This document shows, piece by piece, positions 1 to 13,379 of a stretch of DNA of 64,000 nucleotides. Within the stretch, counting starts at the first letter, position 1. Every line of letters starts with the position of its first letter. Source of the stretch: Trichoplax sp. H2. Lineage: Eukaryota. The stretch spans positions 1 through 64,000 of the forward strand of contig NOWV01000286.1 of assembly GCA_003344405.1 (NCBI GenBank). Reading direction: 5' to 3'. Under the pieces are notes generated by a model that saw only the letters and a list, made by a program, of their open reading frames with translations, searched no databases and was not told where the DNA came from. The translations under genes were made by a program, and so were the position numbers.

Positions 1-1049
1 TATCTGATAAACTTCTGATTTTCCTCAAATTTTGAAATTTTGAGATCGATTTTATTGCAATAGCAAAGTATGCAATGAAATTTATTTGCGTCAGATGATT
101 AAGATGATCTTATTAGTGTTTTATTTATTTTTAACTGACTCCGTAGTCAACACTTATCTAATTGATTTAGCTGACCTTTATGATCAGATAACGATATATT
201 ATACCATTATCGTTCCTTTGCAGTAGCAGCAAATAGCTACAGCCCATTTATACTGAGTTGATCCATCAAGTATTCGAATTTTGTTTCATAGCCGATCACC
301 GAAAAGTAGAATTTAGTAGCTGTAAATCGTGTAAGGTTAGGTATGACTTTGTATATTCCTTAAAATGAGTGTGCTTTTAATTAATATATAATTACTTCTG
401 GCATATTAGATTAAAATTATACAACATCGTTTTGAAGGAAACATTTTGCTGAGTTGTAAATCTTTCATCTCTTTATTTTTGATGATTTCATTAGAAGATT
501 ACAGTTGATGATTAAATCAGGCTCCAGCTTAGGGACTGGGTGTTTGGATAGATTATTTCGTGAATTCTATGCGCTCTTTAGATCCGAAATTTCATTTTGA
601 AATGAGGCTAATAGTCTTAACTACTGTTGGCGTTCATGTTTCATTTTGCTCACATGGATATAATACACTCTAATCTACTTCTCTACGCAGATAGGATTGA
701 TGTTCCATTAAATTAAATCTAAAGGCATTTGCGAGTTGAAAAAATCTTAATTTCATAGACCGTACTGCGCAATCGTCTTCTTTACCCAGCTCTATTAGAA
801 TATATAAATCTTGCTGCGCATTCGTGAATAGCTAAAATAAATAAAATCTACTAATACTAACAGCCGTAGAGACTAGACTTAAAAGATCTACGTGATCACC
901 TATTACTTAGAGATCCAAAACTTTGGGTTAGTGAAGATAAGATATTCTATCGTACATTTAGTTAGCTAATCTCACCTTCCACAGATAAACACTTGCAAAA
1001 CTCCTTTTATTTGTAGTTGATTTGCCTCGTAAGCTTGAGATCAATTCGA

Positions 1050-4000
1050 ATGATGGATGAAAATCCAAAGGACTCCGGAAATGATGGGTCAGTGCGTAAA
1101 AGGGTAAGCATCTACAATTTGAATAGACGTGTATCATTCTTCTGGAAAAACTAAGAAAGATGGCCATTCCATGCAGTTATATCTTTAGAGTTGCTAGCAG
1201 ACAACTATGTACTCTAATATACAAATGTATAATATCATAAAATCAGTCATACCCCAGTAAATTACCTTTGTGAAAATTAATGTTCTTTCGCTGATAATAA
1301 GGAGTCACAGTAGCTTTAGGATTTAAATGAGATGAGTAATTATTATTAACAGAATAGAATTATTGATAAATCTATAATATCAAGTTTATAAAATCATTTC
1401 TTTTCCATTAGTTGATAAAGTTTCAATCCGTATAAGTATTACCCTAGGAAATTATATGTAAGCATTGTTTGAATACTCGAAAAAAAGTTACGTAAGATTT
1501 AATTTAATTTGATTGGTAATTCGTAATACATCATGAATTTCATTTCTCGTTCATCCTTGAATCTGAAGATTCGGCGGTAACTACTTGTTAAAGATTAAGC
1601 TTATTCCATAGCTGTTGTTTAAAGTATTATAAAGTAATATACGCGTCAATATAGATATACGATTGATGATACTGAAAGGTATTATATAGGTTCTATCTAT
1701 TAATTAGCATGCAACAGATAAATTATATTACTAGAAGTCGAGCACGGCTAGCGAATTTTCATTAGAGATAAATGGACTTTTTCTCTCCAATAGGTAGGTC
1801 CAAAGGTCAACTCCAGCCAGGAAAAGAGAGTCATGAAATGGATTGGCAGGTGCATTCGAGAATCAATAGGTGAAGATGCCTATGGAGCGTTACGTGACGG
1901 CGTCGCTTTAATCAAGTTAGTCCTTCTTCCAAGTAATTAGATTTTCTACTAGTAACAAGGCCATTAATGAGTCTTAAAATAGCTAACTAAATTTATTTAA
2001 TCGCCGTGTAAGTCTTACACAATAGTTTTCAATATGCTGTATCACATTATTGCATTTCTTCAAATAATGAAATCCGTCGTTTAACTTTTATTAATCCGAT
2101 TTATGAGCTCCTGATAATTTCAGCTACTTTCTAAGCAATTTTGTTCAGTCATTGATTGTTACTTTAGTAAGTAAAGGTTTTAAACTAGAATTAAATTACT
2201 ATAGATAGTAAGAGAAGGCTAAATGACTGCCACTCCGATGCTATATGAATATCAGTGGTTCATCGATTTACATTCAGTTTATAATAAAGTACTTTATCTA
2301 GCTCTACTCTGAGTTGGCTACTCAATAATCTGTCTCCCAGTGTGGCGGTTAAGTATAGTTTACAATTATTGTTCAATATTATAGTTGTAAAACTTGGGCC
2401 ACGTAAACTATATACAGTTATTTCTAAGGCTACTGACTGAACTCCGTCCTAAATCAATACCATTATTCAACTCAGGTCTAGCGTTACAGTCTTACTTAGG
2501 ATTACCGGGGGTCTAACTTTAGAGCCTATTTTTCATATACGAACCATCACTGTCTCTAACAGTCATTAGTACTTTATCATCGAAATTAATTCTTCTTAAT
2601 TTGCTTCAACAAGCATGTAACAGTATGTCTATTACATATTTTAGAGACATGAAAGGAATTATAGATTGCTTATCTGTCACGACTACATTAGAATTAAAAC
2701 TCTTTAGGGATTTAAATATTATTATTTGCTACTTATCACATTTAAGATCGTAATTCAAGACATTAAAGCCTTGAAACCAAAGACACAAAGCATAAATTCT
2801 ATCTTTTATAAATATACTGATATCTGTAAGCTGCTTAATCAAAAAGAATCATGTTATTATAAATTAAGTAGTAAGGTACAGCTTTATTTTAAATTTTAGC
2901 TACTGGTATTATTGGTTACTGCTGACGGAAATTTTTCTCATCATTAATTGCTTTTAAGAAATCCATCATTTCTGTTTGCATGGCGGTTACTATTATTTAT
3001 CATTACTAATCATCTTAAACCAGCCATCGCAATATCTTAACTACAAATCCTTATCTATATCTATTGCTAGCGATTGATGGAAAATTCTCTCGATACATGA
3101 TACCCTTAAATGAACTACTTTCTATTATATTTTAAAATGTTTTACGCTAAATATATCTTGCGAGAGGACCAAAATTCAATTTTAAACAGCAGGATAAATA
3201 ACGAATCAGCCTTAATTATTTATTGTTTCTGCTAATCTTAAAAATGACACGATATGTATGAGTAAAATTGTTAACAGTAAGTAAATGTAGCATTTCGTCA
3301 AAATCGATTAAGGCTGATTGCAGTAATTCCCACCATGCATACTTTTTCCTAATGAGATAAACCACTTTTTGTTCTATTCTTACTCGAACGAGGATTTATT
3401 ATAATATTTCTTCTTTTAATATTTATACATTGCTTCACATTGTCTGATACCCAAACAGATATGCATTTAGTAATAATGAAAATACTTTCAACTTCAAAGC
3501 TCAGTGTTATTGCTATTATGATTTTGATTAATCTAGGTTATATAATGCTTTATGTCCCGATATGCATTTAGAATATGTAAAACCAACTACACTTGAAGAT
3601 CAGGTGAGAAAAGTAAAAGGCAATTTGAATGAATGCACGTATTGATGTGGTCGAAACTATGAATAACTAGCCATTAAGACTGTCCCATCATTTTATTATC
3701 AAAATGTCAACAATCAGAGCATTAGGTTATTCTATCTAAATCGAAGTCTTGTTAAAATAATTGCAAACATTACTTCCTCGATTGCCTATTACTGTAGATT
3801 GAATATTTGCAGCGGGATTTCATAACTGTACCAACTTATATTCGTAGATTTAGTGTTGCAATTATATCAGTTGCCCGTTAATTATTTCCTAAATCATACT
3901 TGTAGAAGCAAAATATCGAATTATTTCTGGATTATGCTCAAGATTTTGAAGTAAGCGCTGAAGATTTATTTGAAGTAGAACATTTACTGGAAGGCACCAA

Positions 4001-4362
4001 TATTCCGCAGGTCAGTATTGGTGATACTTTAAAGTTAAAGTGACTATTAACTAAAATTTATCGATCAGCCGAGATAATGATTATAACATGTCATGATCGA
4101 TTTTTGCCTTGTCTTATTTCATAGGTCCTTTATGGCATTGAAGCATTTGCCCGACATGTACAGTATAATCGCTTATTAGCACTTTCTTATCTTTATTGCA
4201 ATATATAGTGATCACGACAAAACCCTTAAAAGCTTGAACATTTATAGATTAAAGTGATTATTTATTAGTATCATACTATGAAGTAATACAGCTAATTTTA
4301 ATACTTCGTCATGCATTTTACAGATAGAAATTTGTGGTTTCGTCGTACCTCCTTTCCAATAG
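1050..4362 (+). CDS. Myophilin/transgelin-like single calponin-homology (CH) domain protein, divergent paralogue 1
   Basis: Six GT-AG exons (1050-1103, 1794-1915, 3537-3603, 3906-4010, 4125-4157, 4324-4362) splice in frame: MMDENPKDSGNDGSVRKR-VGPKVNSSQEKRVMKWIGRCIRESIGEDAYGALRDGVALIK-LYNALCPDMHLEYVKPTTLEDQ-KQNIELFLDYAQDFEVSAEDLFEVEHLLEGTNIPQ-VLYGIEAFARH-IEICGFVVPPFQ*. CH-domain hallmarks: WI, LRDGVAL, NIxxFL, DLFE..L..G.N..QV. Exon 1 is the least certain. Confidence 0.85.
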
Positions 4363-7300
4363 TTAAAGTGGAATCTTGGATAGTAACTCATCATCATGTT
4401 ATTTGCCAGTTGATTACATTATCTTGGCATTGATGTAGTTTAGTAACGCTTCATTAATATTTTACGGTTAATTCCATTTTCAATTATACTATGGTATCGT
4501 AATTTTTTGATGCTATCATTTTGCATTATAGTATCATTTATATCTAGATTAAGGATTAATTATGCCTGTACTCTCACTATCTGTAGCATTTATTGTGATA
4601 GAATAGTCTTAAGGAAGGATGTTCTTGTATGTTTTAGCGTAAATGTGTAGCCCAAATTAAATTTTGTTGACCAAACATTATCAGGTACTATTTTCTTTGT
4701 TTCATTTGCCATATTTCAAATAAATATTTGCCATTCGATAAGTCAACTACCCACAATAATTGGAATGTGTGCAGACCTTTAAATTAGCCCCAAACTTCAA
4801 ACTAATCAAAACTTGCTTAATATTCCTTAAATCATTTTTAATAAATTTTTCACACCTGCGTTTGTAGTCACAATGGGCAAGCATTGCATTTAGGTAATAT
4901 AACGCTATTCGATCGATTGCAATGCTACGCATGTATTTGCATTTTCCACATTATCCGTTTGAAATGCATGGCCCGTATTACATATATAACACTTAATATA
5001 GGTATTATGCAAATTTTTAAGGCGAGTAAAATAAAATACGATACTAGTGTACTAATATAACAAGGCACCAAGCAACCTGATTAGAGATAACACCACAAGC
5101 CTTTCGATCAATTTTGGAGTTGTCAATCATGAATAATTATATAATAATATAGTATATTGATTGTTAACGAAATTCGCGTTGGTAATATTAGCTGCAAGTC
5201 TTCTTTAAATTATATAATGATTGAACGCATTAGGATACAATTACATAAATGTCTTGAAGTAACCTAACTAGAGTTTAATATCATTTCTTTTTAAGTTTAT
5301 AAGCATCACTACAATAATAAATACAAACTATAATTTAATAATATTCTAGAATAACTGTTTCAATTGGCTTAGCTATAAATGAATATGATTACAATAGTAC
5401 ATTTTACTACCTGCTCGAACGCAACTTCCATTAATTCTTTGGAATCAGAATCTGTTGTGACCATCAGTTGTACATAATAGTTCTATGCGTATCTTTCTCA
5501 TGGAAATAGCGTATTTTGTTATTGATAACCTAAGAATACTTTTTGTTCTACAAAAGGCTACGCATACAACGTATTGCACTGAGATGGATCTTCCAAAGTT
5601 ATGATCCTTGAATATTTTTTGATAGGTGAAAAGCCTATAAATTGATTTTAATGCATTAACAACATTATCTGACTTTTAATTTTTAACGTGATGTATTGGT
5701 TGAGCAAAAGTGATACGGCTTTCGCGTTTCATCAACAAGAGATCAACAGTGATTTACATATAGGATTCGCGTGCAGTGATGTAGTAATTATCGTACTTAC
5801 ATAATTTCTGTTGTAAGAGATTTATAAATTAGTATTTTGGTAGTCATTGGTAAAGTCAACTCAGTTCTTTGTCTGTATAGTATGCTGCAAGTCTATATTT
5901 GTTCGATGCACTAGGTTTATAAACGATTTTTTAGTGTGGCTCCAAGATAGTGATTCAATCGATATGATCTTTGTGCCGTATGATTCAATTTAATATTAGC
6001 AATACTGTGTTATAAGTTAAGTGAATTAGTTACTAACTTAAAGAATGATACTAATATCTTATAATAGAAAATTTATTGCTTATTGCAGCTTACATTTGGC
6101 GTAAGAATACGGCAGTTGCTATAGAGGAGCATTTTAATTATTGTAATAATCCTATATTCGGCTATCAGACTCGACCTCAACTCGAAAATCCCAGTCTCAT
6201 ACCAGGTACAGTACAAATGTGACATTTCATTCCATTAGCCTCATACTGTATAACTGTAATTAACTACGATCACAATTGATCAACATATGAGATCGAATCC
6301 CCAGTCACGATAGGGATTATAGCTATCAAGATAAAAGACATGCAGAGAGTAAAACTGTAGAATGGAATTTAATGCGACACGTACCATGTTGTTTTCTCGT
6401 ATCAAGATGTCGTTGACCATATGTAAAATAGTGTTTTCCTTTTATGGCATGATGGAGAAAATCTATCACTGTACTTAGTCTCAAAAGACCTCTGAGGTAG
6501 TTCTATTTCGGAATTTTCTTTCGGAAGTTGACAGTATAGAAAAGCGTGCAAGTAGATAAGATACATTGAAAAATGCCCTCTATGCGTCCGAGTTAAGCCA
6601 GGGGCTAACTAGAAGGAGGTTGCTGCACTTGATCTTCATATAGTGGTTCCTAGTTAAGCTTCATGCCAGTAACTTCTTTTATTGAATTAGAGAAAATTAA
6701 ATGTCTTTCAGTGCCTCTGAGTGTCTTCTCTCTATCATGGAGTACTAAATGTATCCGCAGGCATATTTAGTAATCCATGATACTGTTTGTAACGTCAATG
6801 CATGCAAATCCATCGTTGGATAATGAATTAGAAAGAAAATAATAAAAAAAATTCTATAATTACAATCAGTTTATGTAGCTAACAGATGTAGAGATGTATT
6901 CATTACTTCATATGCCAATACTTGTCGATATGATCACGTTTTAATTAATGCATGACTGTCATTACTGCATAACACTTTCGTAAGCACTAGTCATAAATAA
7001 CTCCTTTACTGTATTCATTTCTTTATTCTTTATTTTTTAACTATTGATTATTTATTTAGTATACTTAGTATTTTAATTTAATATATATATACGCTTCTGT
7101 TAACAGTTCCTTGTTTTTTTGTAAATCATCCAACATAATGCCTACGCTTGACGTAATAATTTCATTGTACCCTTCGGATATTGTGTGAACTTTCAATCTT
7201 ATATTAGATAAAAAATTAGTTTATCGACAACTTGATGACTATTTTCTTTTCACGTTCTCCATTTATTTACTGATTAATTTTTTTATTACAATACTGTCTT

Positions 7301-7922
7301 ATCATAGTTTCGATGAAGTCATTTAATATACATCGATTTGATGTTCGCGTACTATTACTTTTATTTTAAATATTTTTTTTTTCATCTGGGCTCTAGCCCT
7401 AGGTAGTTGCCAACTTTAGCTGAAGCACCATCTTGTAAACTACTAGTATGGAAATTTAGTAAATGGTTCTTTCTTCTATTTTCTATACCTTCCCTGGGGA
7501 CTGTAGGCACTTATGGAAATGATTTTATGCTTGTTACTTGCCTATTAAAATGCAGTGTTTAAGAAATAATTCCTTGCGGAATATCTAATGATACAGTAAT
7601 CACTTAGCCAATATTATCATATCCATGAAAGCAATAGATAGTTATGATATTATGGAGGTACAAAAGGCATCCCAAACAATTCAACTTTGCGTCTACGGGA
7701 TCTTTACTATTTCTTTCCTAAATTAAGGTATCAATGCACTGTTGTTACTTGCCTATTGAATTATATTATATGTTTGAGAAGAGAAAGGCTTCATTTAAGT
7801 GATTTGGTTTCCTATTGAATAGAATCATCGATAACTTCTTTGCTTTTTCTACTTGTTGATCATTCTTACGAAAGATTATTTCTTTTTAACTCGAATATCA
7901 AAGATCAAAGATTGACTTGAAA

Positions 7923-10900
7923 ATGGCTTCACGTCCAAAGGGTTTTGGTCTTACTGCGGAATTAGAAGCAAAAGTAAGGACATTTTTAGGTTAATTAACA
8001 CAAAACTGAAAGGATACTTAGCTAGTTGAAAGGGTTACTGGAAGATAGATACGGATGATTAAACTAAGAGCAGAAATGTTGCATTTTGCGCTTAGTAATT
8101 AAAATATTTTTGGATAAAAAGCTTTCTAAAGACATCTTAAAGGTTACTTTGCGATCACACTTCGGATATATTACCTTATTCTAAAAATTTTGATTGAAAT
8201 CGTTCTAAGTATGTCTATCGTGGCTGCATTAGCCTACAGTATATGAAAATTGTAAATTTTCGCATGTTATTAAAGCTCGAAATTAGCATCATTGGGCAAT
8301 ATAAATTAATTCATAAAGACTGAAAATTCTGCAGTTTTAAAATAAATATGGAATTCAATCATTTATTAGAAAGATACAAAGTTCGATCCAAATTTAGAAA
8401 AGGATGTTTTGAAGTGGATTGGCGACGTTATTGGTGAAGAAGTTCTTGAAGATACACACACTGCGTTGAAAGACGGGGTCCGATTATGCAAGTCAGTTCG
8501 TTATGACTGTATTTTAACATTGCATTAAGTTAGCAATAGTTTAAAAGTTTATCGAATATCTAGTTTTGTTACGATATTACTGGGCTAGTTAACCAACAAG
8601 CTATCGTAGGTAATAATGATGCCTGATTACGTTGATGTTGAAAAAGACATCTTTTATACATAAGTTCAAGTTGGTTAGTAGCGAAGCAATCTAAGATCTT
8701 GCGGTAAAGCAGTAAGGTAGAAGATCAGTTCAATTCTATACTATTGAAGATTCAATATTTTTTATTTCTAATGCATAAATGTCCTCAAATGTCATCGAAT
8801 TTCATCACAATTGCTGTGCTAAACTGAAATCAGTTAATCGACTAAATTTCTGAAATATTAACGAAATGAAAGTTTAATTCTATTATAAATCAACTCCTAT
8901 GATAATGGTAATTTCTAGTTAAATTTTTATTCACCAAATACATTTACAAACTTAAAATAATTTGACTTAGAAACGTTCATCTGGGTAAGCCGTAAAAAAT
9001 GTCCAAATGTTAAGAGGAGCAAACGCCTATTTAATCGTAAATCGAACCGTTATGACAATCGCAGTTTCTATTCAAGATTTATTCACTGAATGCGGTAAAA
9101 GCTTCCGATAATTTGATTTAGAAAAGTTTATTAGGATAACTCGCTAAAGAATTCTAAAATATAAGCCGAAGCGACAGTTAATTCAAATCAAACGACTACG
9201 ATAATCGTAGTTACTATTTACAGTTTTAATCGCTAAAAATAGTTCAGAGTTTTCGATAATTTATATAGAACAGTTTATCTGACACAGATTTTGACAATTC
9301 TGATTCGGATAGATGCTTCATTGATTACTGCTTCATGAAGCTGTTATTTCTATAGGCTAAAATAACACCCGAACTAAGAATGCTTAACCAATTAATTGGC
9401 TAGAATCCGTTATCTAGTTATTCATACAATCTAATAAACACTTTCTAGCCATTATACACTATAACATTTATTTCCATAATAGAAGGGATTCAATTATAAT
9501 TTAAATGCAAGAATGATAAGAAAGGTTGTAATCAAATGATAAATAAGAACTATGAACAGGCACGCCATTGAAATCTTTACAGCGACGCTTTATAAATACA
9601 AAGATAGGATTGTTTCATTATATAAAAAATTCGCATTATTGCTAATTCTGCGTACATTTCCAAAGGCCTAGTTTAGAATTATTTAGATAAAATTGTGTAA
9701 AATAATTAATAAAATTTAATTAATATTAAGATTTGAGTCAGTTTTTTACTTAATAAAATAGCTAGTTGTTTAATAATGCTTTTGCTGAAACTAGAGAATA
9801 AACCCGATATGGAACAGTTCTAAACGTATAGCTAGGTTTTACTAGTGGTTTAGTAGGTCAACAGTTGGGTGTAGCTTGCTAAAATTCGATAAATTAAGTA
9901 AATTATCATAGAGTGATAGACAAATTGATGTTCTATTTGTGTAGAGAATGAATAGCTTATAATTTTGTCTACAAATAGACTATTTATATTTATTTCTTAA
10001 AACTACTTTATTGTGTCACAGCTCAAATTCATGTTAAATTTACATCGAAAGATTACCAGTATATGATAACTTCATAAAATCTAAGACTTTATCTAGATTG
10101 CTATAAATTTGCGCGATATTGAAATTTTCCTACAAAAAAATATTAAAATAATAGCAGCTAATATTGGATATCTACTGATTCATACAGATTGGCCAATAAG
10201 GTGCAAGCTAACAAGTATATAAAATACAATGTATCAAAAATGGCTTTCAAAATGGTAAGAAAGTAATTTTAAAGGAGTGTAGTCTTTTATAGTTATATCA
10301 GAATCACTTTTTATTATCTTAGCCAATTGCTACTGTTTATTGCTCTAGATTAGTTCTAGGAAAACAAAAATTTGCTACACAGAAATTACAATATTCAATC
10401 ACTAGCTTTTGATTAAGCATTCAAATTGTATCCTGTATATCACTATTCTTGATAAAGTTAGTTTTTTATTATATTAAGTTTAAATCGAATTATCTTGTAA
10501 TAAACTTAAGAATTTCGTAGTTTAGTGTAAGGTAAATTAGTATATACAATCTATGGTAAACAAAACGTTACATTTTTATTGGTTTTTCGGTTACAAGTAA
10601 AATTATAGATTTACTAGATATTCGGTTGAAAAGCCTATTTAAATTTAATCTTATAATATCAGACACGAGAAAGCCAAGTATATATTCCACAAGAATCGGA
10701 TTTGCAAATAGAATTCTGTTATAAAGTCGTAGTACTAACTTCATTTAAAGTTTTATTAACTAAAATTTAAATAAGTCATGTTGTAGGGTTCCTGGAAAAG
10801 ATATGCATACGTTTATGTAGCTTTTCTTGTCATAACTTGTGCAGAAAAGGCTTACTGTTGAGCTTTTGATCAAGATTATGTCTAATTCATTACTACTTGT

Positions 10901-11499
10901 AATCCTGAGCATGAAAGTTCTGCCATACATCATTTGAATCAGATAACTGGTCGCAAAATATATATCATATTTGCTTAATCTGTACATTCGTAAATGCACC
11001 CAAATTCCTTCTTAACATAAACGTTATGTTTTATTTTTAAGCTAGATGGAAAATATTGGTCTATTTTTGGAAAGTACTTATGAACTAGGGGTTCCTAAGA
11101 TAGATATGTTTCAAACAGTGGATTTATACGATGGCACGAACATTCCACAGGTTTTTAATAAATAAATTGATATTCCTATAAAATGATAATTACTATCTGT
11201 AGGATATGTCAGCGAAATTAGTATTCAAATCCATAGTCTAAAGCGCAGTTTCTGATATATCTCGTCCATTAGGTACTGAATGGAATAATAGCTTATGAAA
11301 GAAAGGTAAAAATATTCTGCGTTCATATGTTTCTTTATAAAGATTTGCCGAGAAATGACAATTTATGACTTTTGATAATTCAGAACCTGGCTATTCGAAG
11401 TAGTAGATTATAACTCAACTTAATAAAGCTACTTGACTAACTTCATAGGCTAGGGCTACCGGATACAACGGACCTACTCTTGGCCCGAGTTCTACTTAA
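7923..11499 (+). CDS. Myophilin/transgelin/calponin-family CH-domain protein, paralogue 2
   Basis: Exons 7923-7973, 8370-8491, 10188-10254, 11046-11150, 11273-11305, 11449-11499 give MASRPKGFGLTAELEAK-KDTKFDPNLEKDVLKWIGDVIGEEVLEDTHTALKDGVRLCK-LANKVQANKYIKYNVSKMAFKM-MENIGLFLESTYELGVPKIDMFQTVDLYDGTNIPQ-VLNGIIAYERK-ARATGYNGPTLGPSST*. Typical myophilin/MP20 motifs: RPKGFGL, LKDGVRLCKL, AFKMMENI, FQTVDLY, GPTLGP. Confidence 0.92.
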
Positions 11500-13379
11500 A
11501 AATCCGACAAATCTCGGATGATATGGATTAACAGTTTCATAGTTAAACTTAAATGACTATTCAACACAAGGCCACAACATAATTATTAAGTCCGCACCCT
11601 TACTTCATCAATAAAATGTTGTTTAATTCTGTTTGACTAGTAATATTATCGTTTCTCTCTTTATAGTGTATACTTCTAAATAGTTGAATTGTATCGTAGA
11701 ACTATCTTAACATAGAAGTAAGATGTTCTTATTGCTCATAAGAACTTTTAAATGATTTCCTATCACCGAATATCATTTTCGTTCTTACACTACCTATAAT
11801 AAAGACTATGTTTTCAATATGTTATTCTCTTGTCATTTCAGGTGATTATGATGGACAGCTGGACTTCCTATCTTCCTAAAAATCTCACTCTCCATCAGTT
11901 ATACCTTCTTCATAGAAGATAAACGTTATTTTAACTAACTATTGAATCATTCTTTTGCTATGCTATGTTCATATCGTGGTATTTGTTTCTTACTTAATGA
12001 GTTGCGCTGGCTTTAGTGATCAGAACTTCGATAAGGTTCGATTTAAAGATACTCGTTATCTAAGAATTTTTATACGATAGCTAAGGATAGGGTATTAATA
12101 CAGTTTCAAATTAATTTCTGTCTCAATAGAATATGAAACACCCTTTCTTCAGATTAGGCGGTTGCTTATAAACCATTCCTATAGTAATCTATGTAAAACT
12201 TTGCAAGGTAGTGAAAAAGAAAAGATGGCGAAGTCTCGCCTTGGCTAAGTAAAACTAAAGGATACTATTACATTCTAGATGTTTTCTATAGTAAAGTTTT
12301 AATAATTTCATACTAACAGTTATAAAGGACTCTATTTTTAGTCCTGTGCTACCATTACGTATGACATATCATCAAACAACTCTCTACTTTATTTTTATCG
12401 TTAGTATGTCAGGGTAATCGACTACGTGATTACCGCTTTGAAAGGTAAAAATCGACAATACTATGCCATAATAATAAAACTTATAATATCAGTTAGTAAA
12501 ATATCAATCATTTATTATGCAGATTCAAAATTAATAATAAGTATGACTTTAAGGTAATTATTCAAGTCCATTTCACGAAAAGACGACATAATAGCGGCTT
12601 TACATGAAAAAATAAGTCTGTCAGCTTCACTAATTAATATGGTAGTAAAAGATGAAATGATCAGCTAGAACTACTACAGCTCATTTGTAATCCAGCAGGA
12701 AAAAGATAAAAAAATGCTACTTTTAACATAGTAACAATCATCAATAAAGGAGTTATTACGAACATGGCAAAAAAGTATAAAAGTTTTAAAGAGAAATATT
12801 GACTCTATCTTATGATCTTTAATCCATTTTATTTCAATTAAACAGATAAGAATACCGTAGTTGCATGACAATATCAAAATACTGTTCAAATTAATTTTAC
12901 ATGGCTATACTACAAAGATATACTTTACCATTCACTAATAATTATGCATCTTTAGAAGAACATTACTGCTTAAGTTAATAATCAAATAAGTATAGATGGC
13001 TAAGTTGCGTAAGACTGGCTTTAAAATGTCGGTGGTCTAAAACTCGTCTATCCTTAAAATTAAAAAGTAATGATAAGAAATCTATTAGAGCTAACAGAGA
13101 ACTCCAATTTTGTAAAAAGGCACGGTAACTTTTTAAATAAGACTTTATGTAATAAAATCAGCTAGCAATAATAGTAAGTCATTTAATGTACTTAAAAAAG
13201 TAATACTGTGCGCTATTTCATTATCAGAATAGATAATTTAGTCGGGAAAAAAGTCTGTAATGCTAGTAATAGATTGGAATGAAATTGTCTGTGTCTAGAT
13301 GACGCAAACAGTCTTAATTTATCAAAGGATTTCGTCAAACACAAAATTGATAGGAATTGATTCCAGGCTTTCATTTTTT

